DNA from: Lytechinus pictus
Lineage: Eukaryota
DNA: 64,000 nucleotides
Assembly: GCF_037042905.1 (NCBI RefSeq)
Contig: NC_087251.1
Span: 38,752,001 to 38,816,000 of the forward strand
Direction of reading: 5' to 3'
Shown here: positions 13,645 to 25,600 of the stretch, piece by piece
Layout of the letters: the number at the start of each line of letters is the position of its first letter
Numbering within the stretch: position 1 is the first letter of the stretch
Made by a program: the position numbers and the translations under genes
Notes under the pieces: model-generated
What the model was told of the DNA's origin: nothing
Databases searched by the model: none
The model's input: the letters and a program-made list of their open reading frames with translations, nothing else

Positions 13645-16600
13645 GTAAGCTTACTACTAAACACAAATGCCACTATCTAATTTGATACCTAAGCCAGAGT
13701 TTTAAGTATTTTACCTGGTGTTCTGTATAAAGGTGGACAAGTCCACGCCAACAAAAAGTTGATTTGAATAAAAAGAGAAAAATCCAACAAGCATAACCCT
13801 GAAAATTTTATCAAAATCAGATGTAAAATAAGAAAGTTATGACATTTTAAAGTTTCGCTTAATTTCACAAAACAGTTATATGCACATCCTGGCTGGTATG
13901 CAAATGAGGAGACTATGATGTTGTCCACTCACTATTTCTTTTGTATTTTATTATATGAAATATGAAATATTCTAATTTTCTCCTCATTGTCAAGTGATAC
14001 AACGATTAATTCCTCCCTGAACATGTGGAATTGGCATTTTGTAATACTATATGGTTCAGTCAAGTTGGTCCTTATAGCCAAATCTATAAGAAATGAAATA
14101 TTGTATAATTCAAACAATAAAAAACAAAAGAAATAATGAGCGATGGACATCATCGACTGACTCACCTAGTTGTGCATATCACTGTTTTGTGAAAAATAAG
14201 CGAAACTTTAAAATGTCATAACTTTCTTATTTTACATCCGATTTTGATGAAATTTTCAGCACTATGCTAGTTTGATTTTTCTCTATTTATTCAAGTCAGC
14301 ATTTTCCTGGGATGGACTTGACCTTTAAACACAAATGCCACTATCTAATTTGATACATTAGCCAAACTTTTAATTATTTTACCCAGTATTCTGTTTAAGT
14401 TAAACACTTAACCATCTTTTTCATTCAGTTGTCTTTTTGACTAAGTATTTTGCTCAGATCTCTGTCAGCCCATTGCACGTACATGGACCTTGCTCAAGTC
14501 TGGTGTGTGTGAAGTTTACATGTATGTACATGTATACACGTAGTCAAACATGCTGCGCACAGGCAGACACATAAATTGAAAAATCTTGCAAAAGTGATTC
14601 TTATGTTATAGTCACAGTATGTAACTTCATTTTTGCTTTTTATATACTTTTCTGCCATACACAGGATTTCAGTTAAATTAAAATAGAAAATTAATTTGAT
14701 TACAATTTCAAAGTTTAGGAATTAGAGTAACGTAATATCTTTTTTTTTACTTTGCAGATTACACACAGTTGATGATTTTCGTCTAGAATCATTCATACAG
14801 CATGTAAGCATGTGGTGATCATTTTGTTAGTCTTCTCAAATTCATTATGTTTTTTTTTATTTGTTGCTCTACTCTATGCTGATTGTATTTTGTAGGTAAC
14901 TATGAGCTTGTAGAGTTACCAGTGAGGGAAGGTCCGGGTGAAGGAGGAGCGGCAGTCAGAACGCAACCGTCGGAGAAAGCAATGGTAGACAAACTGATCC
15001 AGGAGTATGGTTTTAATCAGTACGTCAGCGATAAGATATCATTGGACAGAAACATTGCCGACCTCAGAAGTCAACAGTAAGTAATAATATGTTTTTTTAT
15101 ATTTTTGTGGTAGAATATATTCCTCATAAGATATGCTCTGCTCAAGCATAGACTAGTATGCTATAGAATGCCTCCATTAGAGAAAGCAGTGGTTCATCAA
15201 CTCGTCTACATGTGTGGTTCGTAAAGCAGTTTGTAAAGTCACGCAATTCATTGCTATACTATCCAGCTTCAAGAATATGGCAATTAAAATCTATGTATCA
15301 ATTCACCTAGTTTGAGAGTATAAACCCTGAAAATAAACACAAAATATTTTGACAAACACATTTAACATGAATACATCCTCACCTTTCACATTATTAGCAT
15401 TATTTTACGGTTAAATGAAATTTTATCAATAATTTTGGGGTCTTTTGGACATCGTTTTCAGCAGTTAACAATTTTCGCCTATCCGCCATTTTGGATTTCA
15501 AGACCACGATATCGTGCTGTTACATATTTGAACGTAGAGAGGAGCAACACACGACCGTGTTGTTCAAATCAAACGATGTGTGCTTGAATGTATTCGATAA
15601 GCTCAACTCCGCCCGGCCCGCGCTTGGCCAAGGCAGGATATGTTACGGGCGCGAGGGGGTTCGATCGAGTGGGATGAAGTCGAGTGCAGTCACAATGTGT
15701 GAATTGTCATGATTGTAGCGAAGTAAGGTCGTGTTTTCTGGGGTTTTGTGGCCATTTAATATTCATATTTTGTTGAGATTTTTGAGTAATTTCTGTTGCT
15801 ATTCTGTGTATTTTGAGGAAAAATATGTTTTCTGTGATTTTCCGTTTGAAATGACACTTTCCGTTTCAAAAGGCCCTTTCCGTGAATTCCATCCGTTTTC
15901 CGCAAAAATCACTGTCCCACCTAACTGAGCCAACACCGGTTAGGTGGATACCTTCATTGATGGGATGGATTCTAAGGGACGTCCGACAACCTCGATTTCT
16001 TTCACTGTTAGAGGTGAATGGAATACATTTCTGTTTGTGTCTGCTGCATGTCCAAAGTGCTCGTGGACGTGCTCTCTTTCAGATTTCGGAATGTCCATTA
16101 ACGCAAAGAGAGTAGACATGCGGTGGCGGTTCTTTGTTGCTGTTATGTTCTTCGTCTTACTAAGCTGAAGCTTGTTGCAAATCGCATGAACTGCGTGCCA
16201 CAGGTCTGTGATTGTCGAATGAGGAAGTGTTGGTAAAGAAGAATTTGTTTCTGGTGTTGATGTGTGTGTCCCGTCGGCTCTGTGGATCACATAGGAAATC
16301 TATGCCTACGTATGTGTCTCTTGGAAAGAGGACAGGCACAAGGTTCTTCACACCCTTTCCACTCATGTTATTTTGAAATTTGCTTAATGGGTCTTGTCAT
16401 TTGCATCCAGTTGGTCCTTATGTTCTTTTTTCCGAGCCAGACTCCCTCCTTGGCATCCTTCCAGTTTTGAACCAGCAATCTGGCTGGTTCACCTCCCATC
16501 CTTGTGTTGTAGAGTGTGAGACGGCACAAGAGTAGGTCTCTCAGTTTCATATATTTACGGATATCGCAGAACTTGAAGTTATCTTCTACCAGTTACTCTA

Positions 16601-19600
16601 TTAACTCAAGTGTGAAATGTCAGAACCTTTTTAGGTCTCGTTCATCTGGCATTTTGACAGGCCTCCTCAATTTTTACTCTCTTCTTTGATTCAAGTGGTA
16701 CATGGCATTGCCGAAGAGGTACATTTCATTTAGGTTCAGCATGGCCAGGAATTTGTCTATATTTTACTGCACAGTCGTCTTCATCTTGGATTAGATATGT
16801 CCCCTTAAGGATTTTGCTTGCATTCTTGATCAGGTATGATGATATCAACCTAATTGTTTTCCAGTCTTCTTAGGATTTATGTATTTATTTATTTGCCTTC
16901 TTGACCCAGGGTAGTCTGTTCAGTGATTAAAAAGAACCAGTATTGGGATTCAGCAGAAATCAAGGAAAAATTATAGGTATGCATTTCTTTTCTTATTTTC
17001 TATTATTTTTTTCCCTTGTTCTTGATATTCTCCTTCTTCTGTATTGAAAAAATATATATGATATATAATGATTCAAGTTCACACGGTTGACTGTAGGTTC
17101 GCAGATTTATTGCTACTCAGAGTTTCACACAACATACGTGAGGTGCGATCATCAGGCAACTGATAAAGCTTTTCAACAATACCATTGAACAATGCATTGA
17201 ATTGGCGTAACACCATAGCACGCACATAGTACGCTCAGGATTACCAGGTAACCAGTGTGCACTGAGTGTTTTTCAGGCTTGTGCGTGGCAAGCGATGGAC
17301 CACTTGATGGTATACGGCGTGTTGCGTCATTTCAGGTCCTAAATGAATTTCGACAGCTCCGTGCTGTTCTGGTACCTTTCGTGTCAGAAGGATTGGAGGT
17401 GGTTATTATATCTGGACTTGAAGTGGGGCTCTGTGAGGCCAATGAAGGTCATTCTCCTATCTGGGGCTGTTACATTGGTACATGTAGCAGTTTCCTTGGA
17501 GAGGGCAGAGTTATTTGTTCTGGCAGTTGCATGTTTTATTGTTTGATTTTTTGTCTACCTTCAGGGCTTGCTTGTTGCGAGTTTTGATGATGCTGGCGAT
17601 GTTCGGCATGCAGCTGTAACTCACTTTTAGCGTGTATCTACTAAAGATACAATTGAGTTCAGATCTATTTGGAAAGTGTTTGATGACCAGCTGTAGGAAG
17701 ATGCAGCCGATATTGGTTGAAACATTCTTGCTGAATTGCTGGTTGAACCAGGTTATGTTACACTGCCTGTTTTTGTCTCACCTGCATAGCAGAGTGAGAC
17801 TATAGGCGCCGCTTTTCCGACGGCGACGGCGGCGGCGACGGCGGCGGCGGCTTCAACACCAAATCTTAACCTGAGGTTAAGTTTTTGAAATGACAGCATA
17901 ACTTAGAAAGTATATGGACCTAGTTCATGAAACTTGGCCATAAGGTTAATCAAGTATTACTAAACATCCTGCCTGAGTTTCATGTCACATGACCAAGGTC
18001 AAAGGTCATTTAGGGTCAATGAACTTAGACCATGTTGGGGGAATCAACATCAAAATCTTAACCTAAGGTTAAGTTTTTGAAATGTCATCATAACTTAGAA
18101 AATATATGGACCTAGTTCATGAAACTTATACATAAGGTTAATCAAGTATATCTGAACACCCTGCATGAGTTTCACGTCACATGACCAAGGTCAAAGGTCA
18201 TTTAGGGTCAATGAACTTTGGCCGAATTGGGGGTATCTGTTGAATTACCATCATAACTTTGAAAGTTTATGGATCTGATTCATGAAACTTGGACATAATA
18301 GTAATCAAGTATTACTGAACATCCTGTGCAAGTTTCAGGTCACATGATCAAGGTCAAAGGTCATTTAGGGTCAATGAACTTTGGCCAAATTGGGGTATTT
18401 GTTGAATTACAGCCATAAATTTGAAAGTGTGTTGGTCTAGTTCATAAAACTTGGACATAATAGTAATCAAGTATCACTGAACATCCTGTGCGAGTTTCAG
18501 GTCACATGATCAAGGTCAAAGGTCATGTAAGGTCAAAGAACTTTGGCCACGTTGGGGGTATTTGTTGAATTGCCATCATATCTCTATAAGTGTATTGGTC
18601 TAGTTCATAAAACGTTGAAATAAGAGTAACCAAGTATCACTGAACATCTTGTGCGAGTTATAGTAGTTTTCAAAATCAGCACTGCTGCTATATTGAATCG
18701 CGTGATGCAGGTGAGACGGCCAGAGGCATTCCACTTGTTTCTTTTTTGTCTTGGTTGGTCATTTGTGTAGGACAGGCTTTCTGCATATCCACTGGATTTC
18801 AGGGCGTTGTCATACATCGGAGCAGCTTTCTTGAAGGTCTCTTCATCACAGGAGATATCTGATATTCGCCTGCTTATAGAGGCTGGGAGGTTCTTGGTGA
18901 TTGATGGTGGGTGGTTGGATGTTTGTGGATTTACATGGGTTGGCCATTTGGTCATTTGGCTTCCAGTACGGGTAGTACTTGCCGTTGTTCAAGTTGAGGG
19001 TGAAGGTATATAAGTATATATTCCTTGTTCCTTTGAGGAGTCAGGTACAAACATGTATAGCAGGAGCGTTAGTGTCTCGTTTGTTTCTCAGTTTTGACTT
19101 CTAATTGTTATATTAGTTTCAAATCTTATTCGATCTTGTAATTCGTGCCATGAAATCCACATTTCATTGTTCGAAATAGTATGAAATGAAAATTTGCCTT
19201 GCCCAATTGATCATGGGTCAGACAGCCGCTGTGCAGCACCAGATCAACAAGGCTCTATCCCTTTAATTGTTGAATGCCAAACAGGGAAGCAGCAACTCCC
19301 ACCTTTTAATGTCACTTGGTCTGATGCGGCCAGGGTTTGAACCCCTGACCTCGCTGGTTGTGAGACGGACGCTCTACAGTACCAACTGATCCAACACACG
19401 GGTTAGCCAACACATTGGTTATATTGCATGTGTATTCATTACATATGTTTGTTTGCTATAATTTGTATTTTTACTTAATTTATGAGTTACTGTTTATCAC
19501 TTAGAAGCAAAATGTAAATATAAGCAAGCACTATAAATTTGAACTATTACTATCATATGGTCGAATGGCCAGTGGACGTTTTTTTGTCTCGCCTGCATAG

Positions 19601-22600
19601 CAGAGCGAGACTATAGGCGCCGCTTTTCCGACGGCGACGGCGGCATCGTCAACATTGAAATCTTAACCAAGGTTAAGTTTTTGAAATGTCATAACTTAGA
19701 AAGTATATAGACCTAGTTCATGAAACCTGGACATAAGAGTAATCAAGTATTACTGAACACCCTGCCTGAGTTTCGGGTCACATGACTAAGGTCAAAGGTC
19801 ATTTAGGGTCAATGAACTTAGACCATGTTGGGGGAATCAATATCGAAATCTTATTAAACCAAGGTTAAGTTTTTGAAATGTTGTCTTAACTTCGAAAGTA
19901 TACGGACCTAGTTCATAAAACATAGAATAGACATAAGGGTAATAGTGTATCACTGAAGATCCTGCCTTAGTTTTAGGTCACATGATTAAGGTCAAAGGTC
20001 ACTTACGGTCAACGAACTTTGGCCATGTTAGGGTTATTTGAGGAATTGTCATAACTTTAAAAGTTTATGGATCTAGTTCATGAAACTTGGACATAAGAGC
20101 AATCAAGTATCCTTGAACATCCTGTGTGAGTTTCAGGTCACATGACCAAGGTCAAAGGTAATTTAGGGTCAACAAACTTTGGTAATGCTGGGGGTATTTG
20201 TGGAATTGTCATAACTTTAAAAGTCTATAGATCTAGTTCATGAAACTTGGACATAAGAGCAGCAGTGTATCCCTGAATACCCTGTATGCATTTCAGGAAC
20301 ATGGCCAAGATCAAAGGTCATTTAACGGTCAATGAACTCTGGCCGTGTTGGGAGTATGTGTTGAATTGGCATCATAACTAAGGAAGTTTATGGATCAAGC
20401 TCATGAAACATCGACATAAGGATAATCAAGTATGAATGATTGTTTTGCACATGTCTTAGGTCACATGATCATGGGTCAAAGGTCGTATTGGGTCAATGGG
20501 CATAATATTTTATTATCATATTAGTGTTTTCTTCTGTGAATAATATTCATTAGCTATTTTCAAAGGAAGCACTGCTGCTATATCGCATTGCGTAATGCAG
20601 GCGAGACTGCCAGAGGCGTTCCACTTGTTTAATGTTTATCTCGTGTGGGCCTATGACTGAATGGTGTGAAGCTCATTCATGAAAGTTTAAGCAAGTTTTA
20701 TGTACATGTATCTCAGCGATTATATTTATAAATAATTTATCACAATAATGAAAAATAAAAATGTTGATGTTTCCCAACATTCAGTTCAGTCTGGGAACCT
20801 GTCCCGAAATAGTTGACCCATTTTGACAGACTGGACTCAGCCGCCGGGTGTATTTTCCACAGCCCCCTTCCCCCTCCTCCCCCCTCCCCCTCCTCCCCCC
20901 TCCTCCCCCCTCCCCCTCCCCCTCCTCCCCCCTCCATCCCAAAGGGCCTCAGGAAATTAAAACACTCACATTTCCAGCTGTTATCTGAAAGCAATATTTG
21001 TGGACAAGATATGGTATTTGAATAAGAGAGGATCTGTCAATGAAAGTAGGCTACAAATTCAAATATATGTGCAATGTTTGGTTTACACAGTATGCATAAA
21101 ACCTCTTGGTTTGATGTCCAGATGGCCTTTTTTTTTCACTTTATAGGCTAAAATATTTTGGTCCTCATTTCCTTTTGCATGATTAAAACCGGAGCTGGGT
21201 TTAATAGCTAGGAAGTCTAATGACACAAGTAGTAGTTTTCAAATTAGCTACATGTATAATTATACAAATTATCAAGGTTTTTATGTGCTTCCCCTTTTCA
21301 GGTATAAATCAGGTTTTTGTGACATGTTTATTTTAAAACAAATTTGTGGCATTCCTAAGTTTCATTATTAAAATGGTGATCATAAATTCACAAACAAAGG
21401 CATTTACGGTAGGTTTTCCGGTCCAATTTCATCAGAGTGTCATTTAAATTAATGAATGGGCGTTCAAGTTCATGAGATTTTTGTAGACTGTCTGCACACA
21501 TGGTTCATTTTAATTTCTTCAGCATTCAATCCAATTTTTTTATATAATTCCTTTAAATTATGTAGAAATTCATTCAAATTAACGACCCAAAGTTGTCATT
21601 TAATTTCGCGCCGACTTAATGGTCATTCAGTTTTGCCCTAAATACTATTTTCAATTTCATTTATAGGCACACTTTCCACTTTAACTTCCAAATTTATTCA
21701 GATAACATGTTTCTTTGTTTATTTTTATTGCGTTATATTTTCTTTTTCAAACTTTATCTTTCTGTTTTTTTCTAATCCTTTAATTTTATTCCATACTTCA
21801 TTACATACTTAAATTATATAACACTTACAGGATAAACTATTATTCTTTAAGTAGGACCTAATTTGTGAGTGGATTGGTTCCTTATGGTGTTTTATTTCCT
21901 TTCATCTTATTCTTTTTTTTTCCACTAAATTGTGATTTACATGTATATCGTGTGGGGAAGGGGTTAGATTACTTAGATACATAGTATTGTCCATAGTCTA
22001 CGGTTATAAAAGTGGAACTAAAACAAGCTGTTGCTCTGATGGTAGTTTGTCAGATGAATAGTAAATTTCATTAAATGGTAAAATTAAATCACATATCTAT
22101 ACTTATTTAAAAGCAGTAAAAAAGGAAAAACACTGCCCATATCCTGTAAATGATTGCATATTCATGAATTTGATTTTCTAATCGTTTGCAAATAGGGTGC
22201 CAGAGCAAATTTGAAAACACTACTTGAGCAATTTTAATTGAAGTGAAGTATTTGGCTTTTTAAATGATGATCTCATAGGTCATACAAATCCTTTTCAAAT
22301 TGATTGTTTTAATCATTAAATCAGATGAAATTTTGACAAACTTGGACAGGAAAACCTATTTTCAAACATGAACACAAGATCTGTTCTAAACCGTTAAACG
22401 ACTTTATGATGTTGTAATAAATGTGTTTATGTTTGTCGTCTGACAATTTGTCAGATCTGACAACTTTCTATGTTTATGATTGGCCGAGAAGCAGTTCTTA
22501 CATTAACTGTCGGATAAAACTTCCACTATCTAGGTGTGATAAAGTTTGCACCATAACACCACATTGCTCTTTTTAGAAAAAATGCCCACCTTTTTAAAGG

Positions 22601-25600
22601 TCAAGTCCACCCCAGAAAAATTTTGATTTGGATAAATAGAGAAAAATCAAACTAGCATAACGCTGAAAATTTCATCAAAATTGGATGTAAAATAAGAAAA
22701 ATATGATATTTTAAAGTTTTGCTTATTTTTCACAAAAACAGTGATATGCCCAACTCAGTGACATGCAAATGAGACAGTCAGTGATGTCTCTCACTTATTA
22801 TTTTTTTTTTTTTATTGTTTGAATTATACAATCATTTTTACAGATTTGACAATAAGGACCAACTTGACTGAACCATGTAAACAATGCTAATTCCACATGT
22901 TCATTGGAGGAATTGATCGTTTCACTTGACAATAGGCGGTGCTGCACCATCCCGAGTTTGCTCAATCTAGAGATTTTAGCCCAATCGGCCCTCTTCGCGA
23001 TTAATCTCAAGAAACCCCGTCTCCACCATCGCAAGAAGAGCGATTCCTGCTCGAGCGAGGCATCGATGCATTATGGTCTGACGCCGTGAATAAATAATCC
23101 CTATTTTGCAAATAACCCAAATTGACTTGGGATTGCAATCTTGAGATTAATCCTACGAACTAGCGCGATAATTGCGTCTCCATTGCAAATAATCTCGAGA
23201 TTGTTCAGATCGGGATAATTTGCCGGATCAGAAATAGCGCGCTAATTTGAAAACTCGGGATGGTGCAGAGGGCCCTATTGAGGAGAAAATTAGAATATTT
23301 TATATTTCTCACAATAAAATACAAAAGATACAAAGAGTGGATGACGTCATCAGTCTCCTCATTTTGATACTGACCAGGATGTGCATATAACTGTTTTGTG
23401 AATTTAAGCAAAACTTTAAATGCCATAACTTTCTTATTTTACATCAGATTTTGATGAAATTTTCAGTGTTATGCTTGTTGGATTTTTCTCTTTTTATTCA
23501 AATGAACTTTTTGTTGGGGTGGACTTGTCCTTTAAATCTGATCTCTCCTTCAAGTTGAGCAAAACATTGTATACCTTGAAATTTGAAGTAAAGAGGATCG
23601 TGTGAAAGAGTGTATGATCATTTCAAAACATTTGTTCTGCCTCAACAAAGGAAACATAAACTCATCCTTAGACGAAATGAGGTTAACCAAACTGGTTGTT
23701 TATTTATTCTTCTTTTTTTTTAAATTTCATTTCTATTCTATTTTCATAGGACAGCCCTTTCATACAAACATACAGTGAAAGTAGCTTAACTGGAGAAAAA
23801 ATTGCAATGTAATAATATTAAGAAAAAAATGAAAAAAGGGAATATATAAAAAGGAAGGGAATACCAAAAACAACTGGTAACAAGGAAACAAAATATAATG
23901 TAGCCCAACCTACTTTTGATTGAACCAAGTGATTATGACTAAGTGAGATGTTTTTGTGTCTATCTTCCTAAGAAGTTTCATGAGGAAAATTGCTCCAAGG
24001 TTTGGGGTTGGAATTTTTTCAGGCTGCCTTCTCCAAGACAGTTGAATGTATTAGAGGGGTAATATATTGTCAGTAAATATTATGCTTTGGGGCTTTAGAA
24101 GGGACTTCAGGTGTTTTGACATGAGACTGAGAGGTAAGTAGGTCACCAAAATATAAAGTTCAAGAGGTGGGGAAGATTTGTGAAGAATGAAATGAGCCAA
24201 ATACATGTAGATGGCAAACTTGTTTTGAAGACCTGAGGAATAAAGAGGAGGGAGGGGGAGGGGAAGGCAAGGCAATTGCCTTGAAGGACATGTTTGAATG
24301 TTGTAAATCTTCCTTCCGATAGAACAAATCACAATATGATACATTTTGTATGAAGGAAACATAATATATTTATAAAATAAAGGATAAACATACATGTAGA
24401 CAATGAAAGTGGAAAGGCACCAGTGACTTATATACAGGGAAAGCCAATACAAATATATTTTGAACAGGATATAAAGTATTGATGCTTAAATTATTGATTG
24501 ATTATTCCTGGAAAATTTGAAACAGAGTCTACAACCTACCGAAGGTGTAGAATGTGACACATATTAAGTTTTTGAATTAAAGGCTTTAAATGTTATATTC
24601 AATAAATTTATCTGCTTCAACCTTTGTAACGTTACACTGATTGAAATTTACATAGTCCGGACTGCCGCCAGTCTAACCTTCACTTGTCTTGTCATTCTTT
24701 TGGGAGTGTGAAGTAATGATCGAAGTGAAAGATAACACACCAATTCACCTCGGGGAAATTTAGTGCCATTCCGTATCCATGGCGATGGCATACATCCTTG
24801 TGTGTTTAGTAGCAGGGAATAAAATGCTCAAGGATGCACTTGTCTTGAGTACATCAATTCAGGGGTGTTTGTAAAACAGGAGAGCTTTGTTTAAGAAGAT
24901 GGAAATAAAAATGAAAGCCTGGAGGAGGGTTGATTAATTCAAGAAGGAAGGAGATATTTGAAATATATGCATTGTGTTGTTGGTATCAGTGGCGTTATGC
25001 ACCCAACATTTGAGGGATACTTATGGAGAATTGCATGAAATCTATAAAAAGTTGTAAGCGAGCAAAAATTTTGACATATTTAGTACAAAATAATCAAAGT
25101 TTGTGATAGATTTTTACGTAATATACAGAAAATAATATAATATTTCACCCTTCTCTCTTTTTTTTTTTTTGGTCTTGAAAAAATTGCCCCCCATCTGTTC
25201 GCCACTGGTTTGGATCATAAAAGTGATGTTCTTTAGAATATGATGAGTAAAATTGCCACTTAGATGTGGCCAGAGTTTAATGGGCATTGCTGCCTGCATG
25301 GATGATTCATAACTCCCATCTAGATAATTAATTGTACTGATATTTTAGCTTGTCTCCTTTCTTCTCTTGTTCTCCAATGTACCTTGAAACAAACACAACC
25401 TACTTGTAGGTAGCGAACCATTATACTGGTAGGTCTATGGCAAGGAAAAGTGCTGCTGCCACTTTCAAATGAGTAATGTTATAGCTTACATGCATAGCAT
25501 TGGAATGAAGAATGATTAAAGATTATTAGGGTGGGGTGTGGTTAATAGTTTTATCCAATTCCTACATGTATATTATGCTTTTTTTATTATTAGCCTAATA

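Larger units (their letters stand above)
17090..19010 (-). mobile_element. 5'-truncated, degenerate Penelope-like retroelement (RT thumb plus GIY-YIG endonuclease), interrupted by a Helentron-like insert
   Basis: [38 protein letters not shown], then after the insert RQCNITWFN...[13 protein letters not shown]...[22 protein letters not shown]...STELSKFI. Confidence 0.85.

Noticed and set aside
14758..14803. Extra 46-nt GALNT7 exon (tttgcAG...CAT|GTAAGC)
   Set aside because: Inclusion introduces an in-frame TAG and the flanking exons already join in frame. It could only be a poison exon, for which the sequence gives no support.
19320..19401. tRNA gene
   Set aside because: A and B boxes are present, but there is an insertion in the D-arm region, no clean acceptor stem, and it runs on into SINE body sequence.
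20740..21025. Gly-rich and Pro-rich ORFs
   Set aside because: Explained by the C-rich simple repeat.
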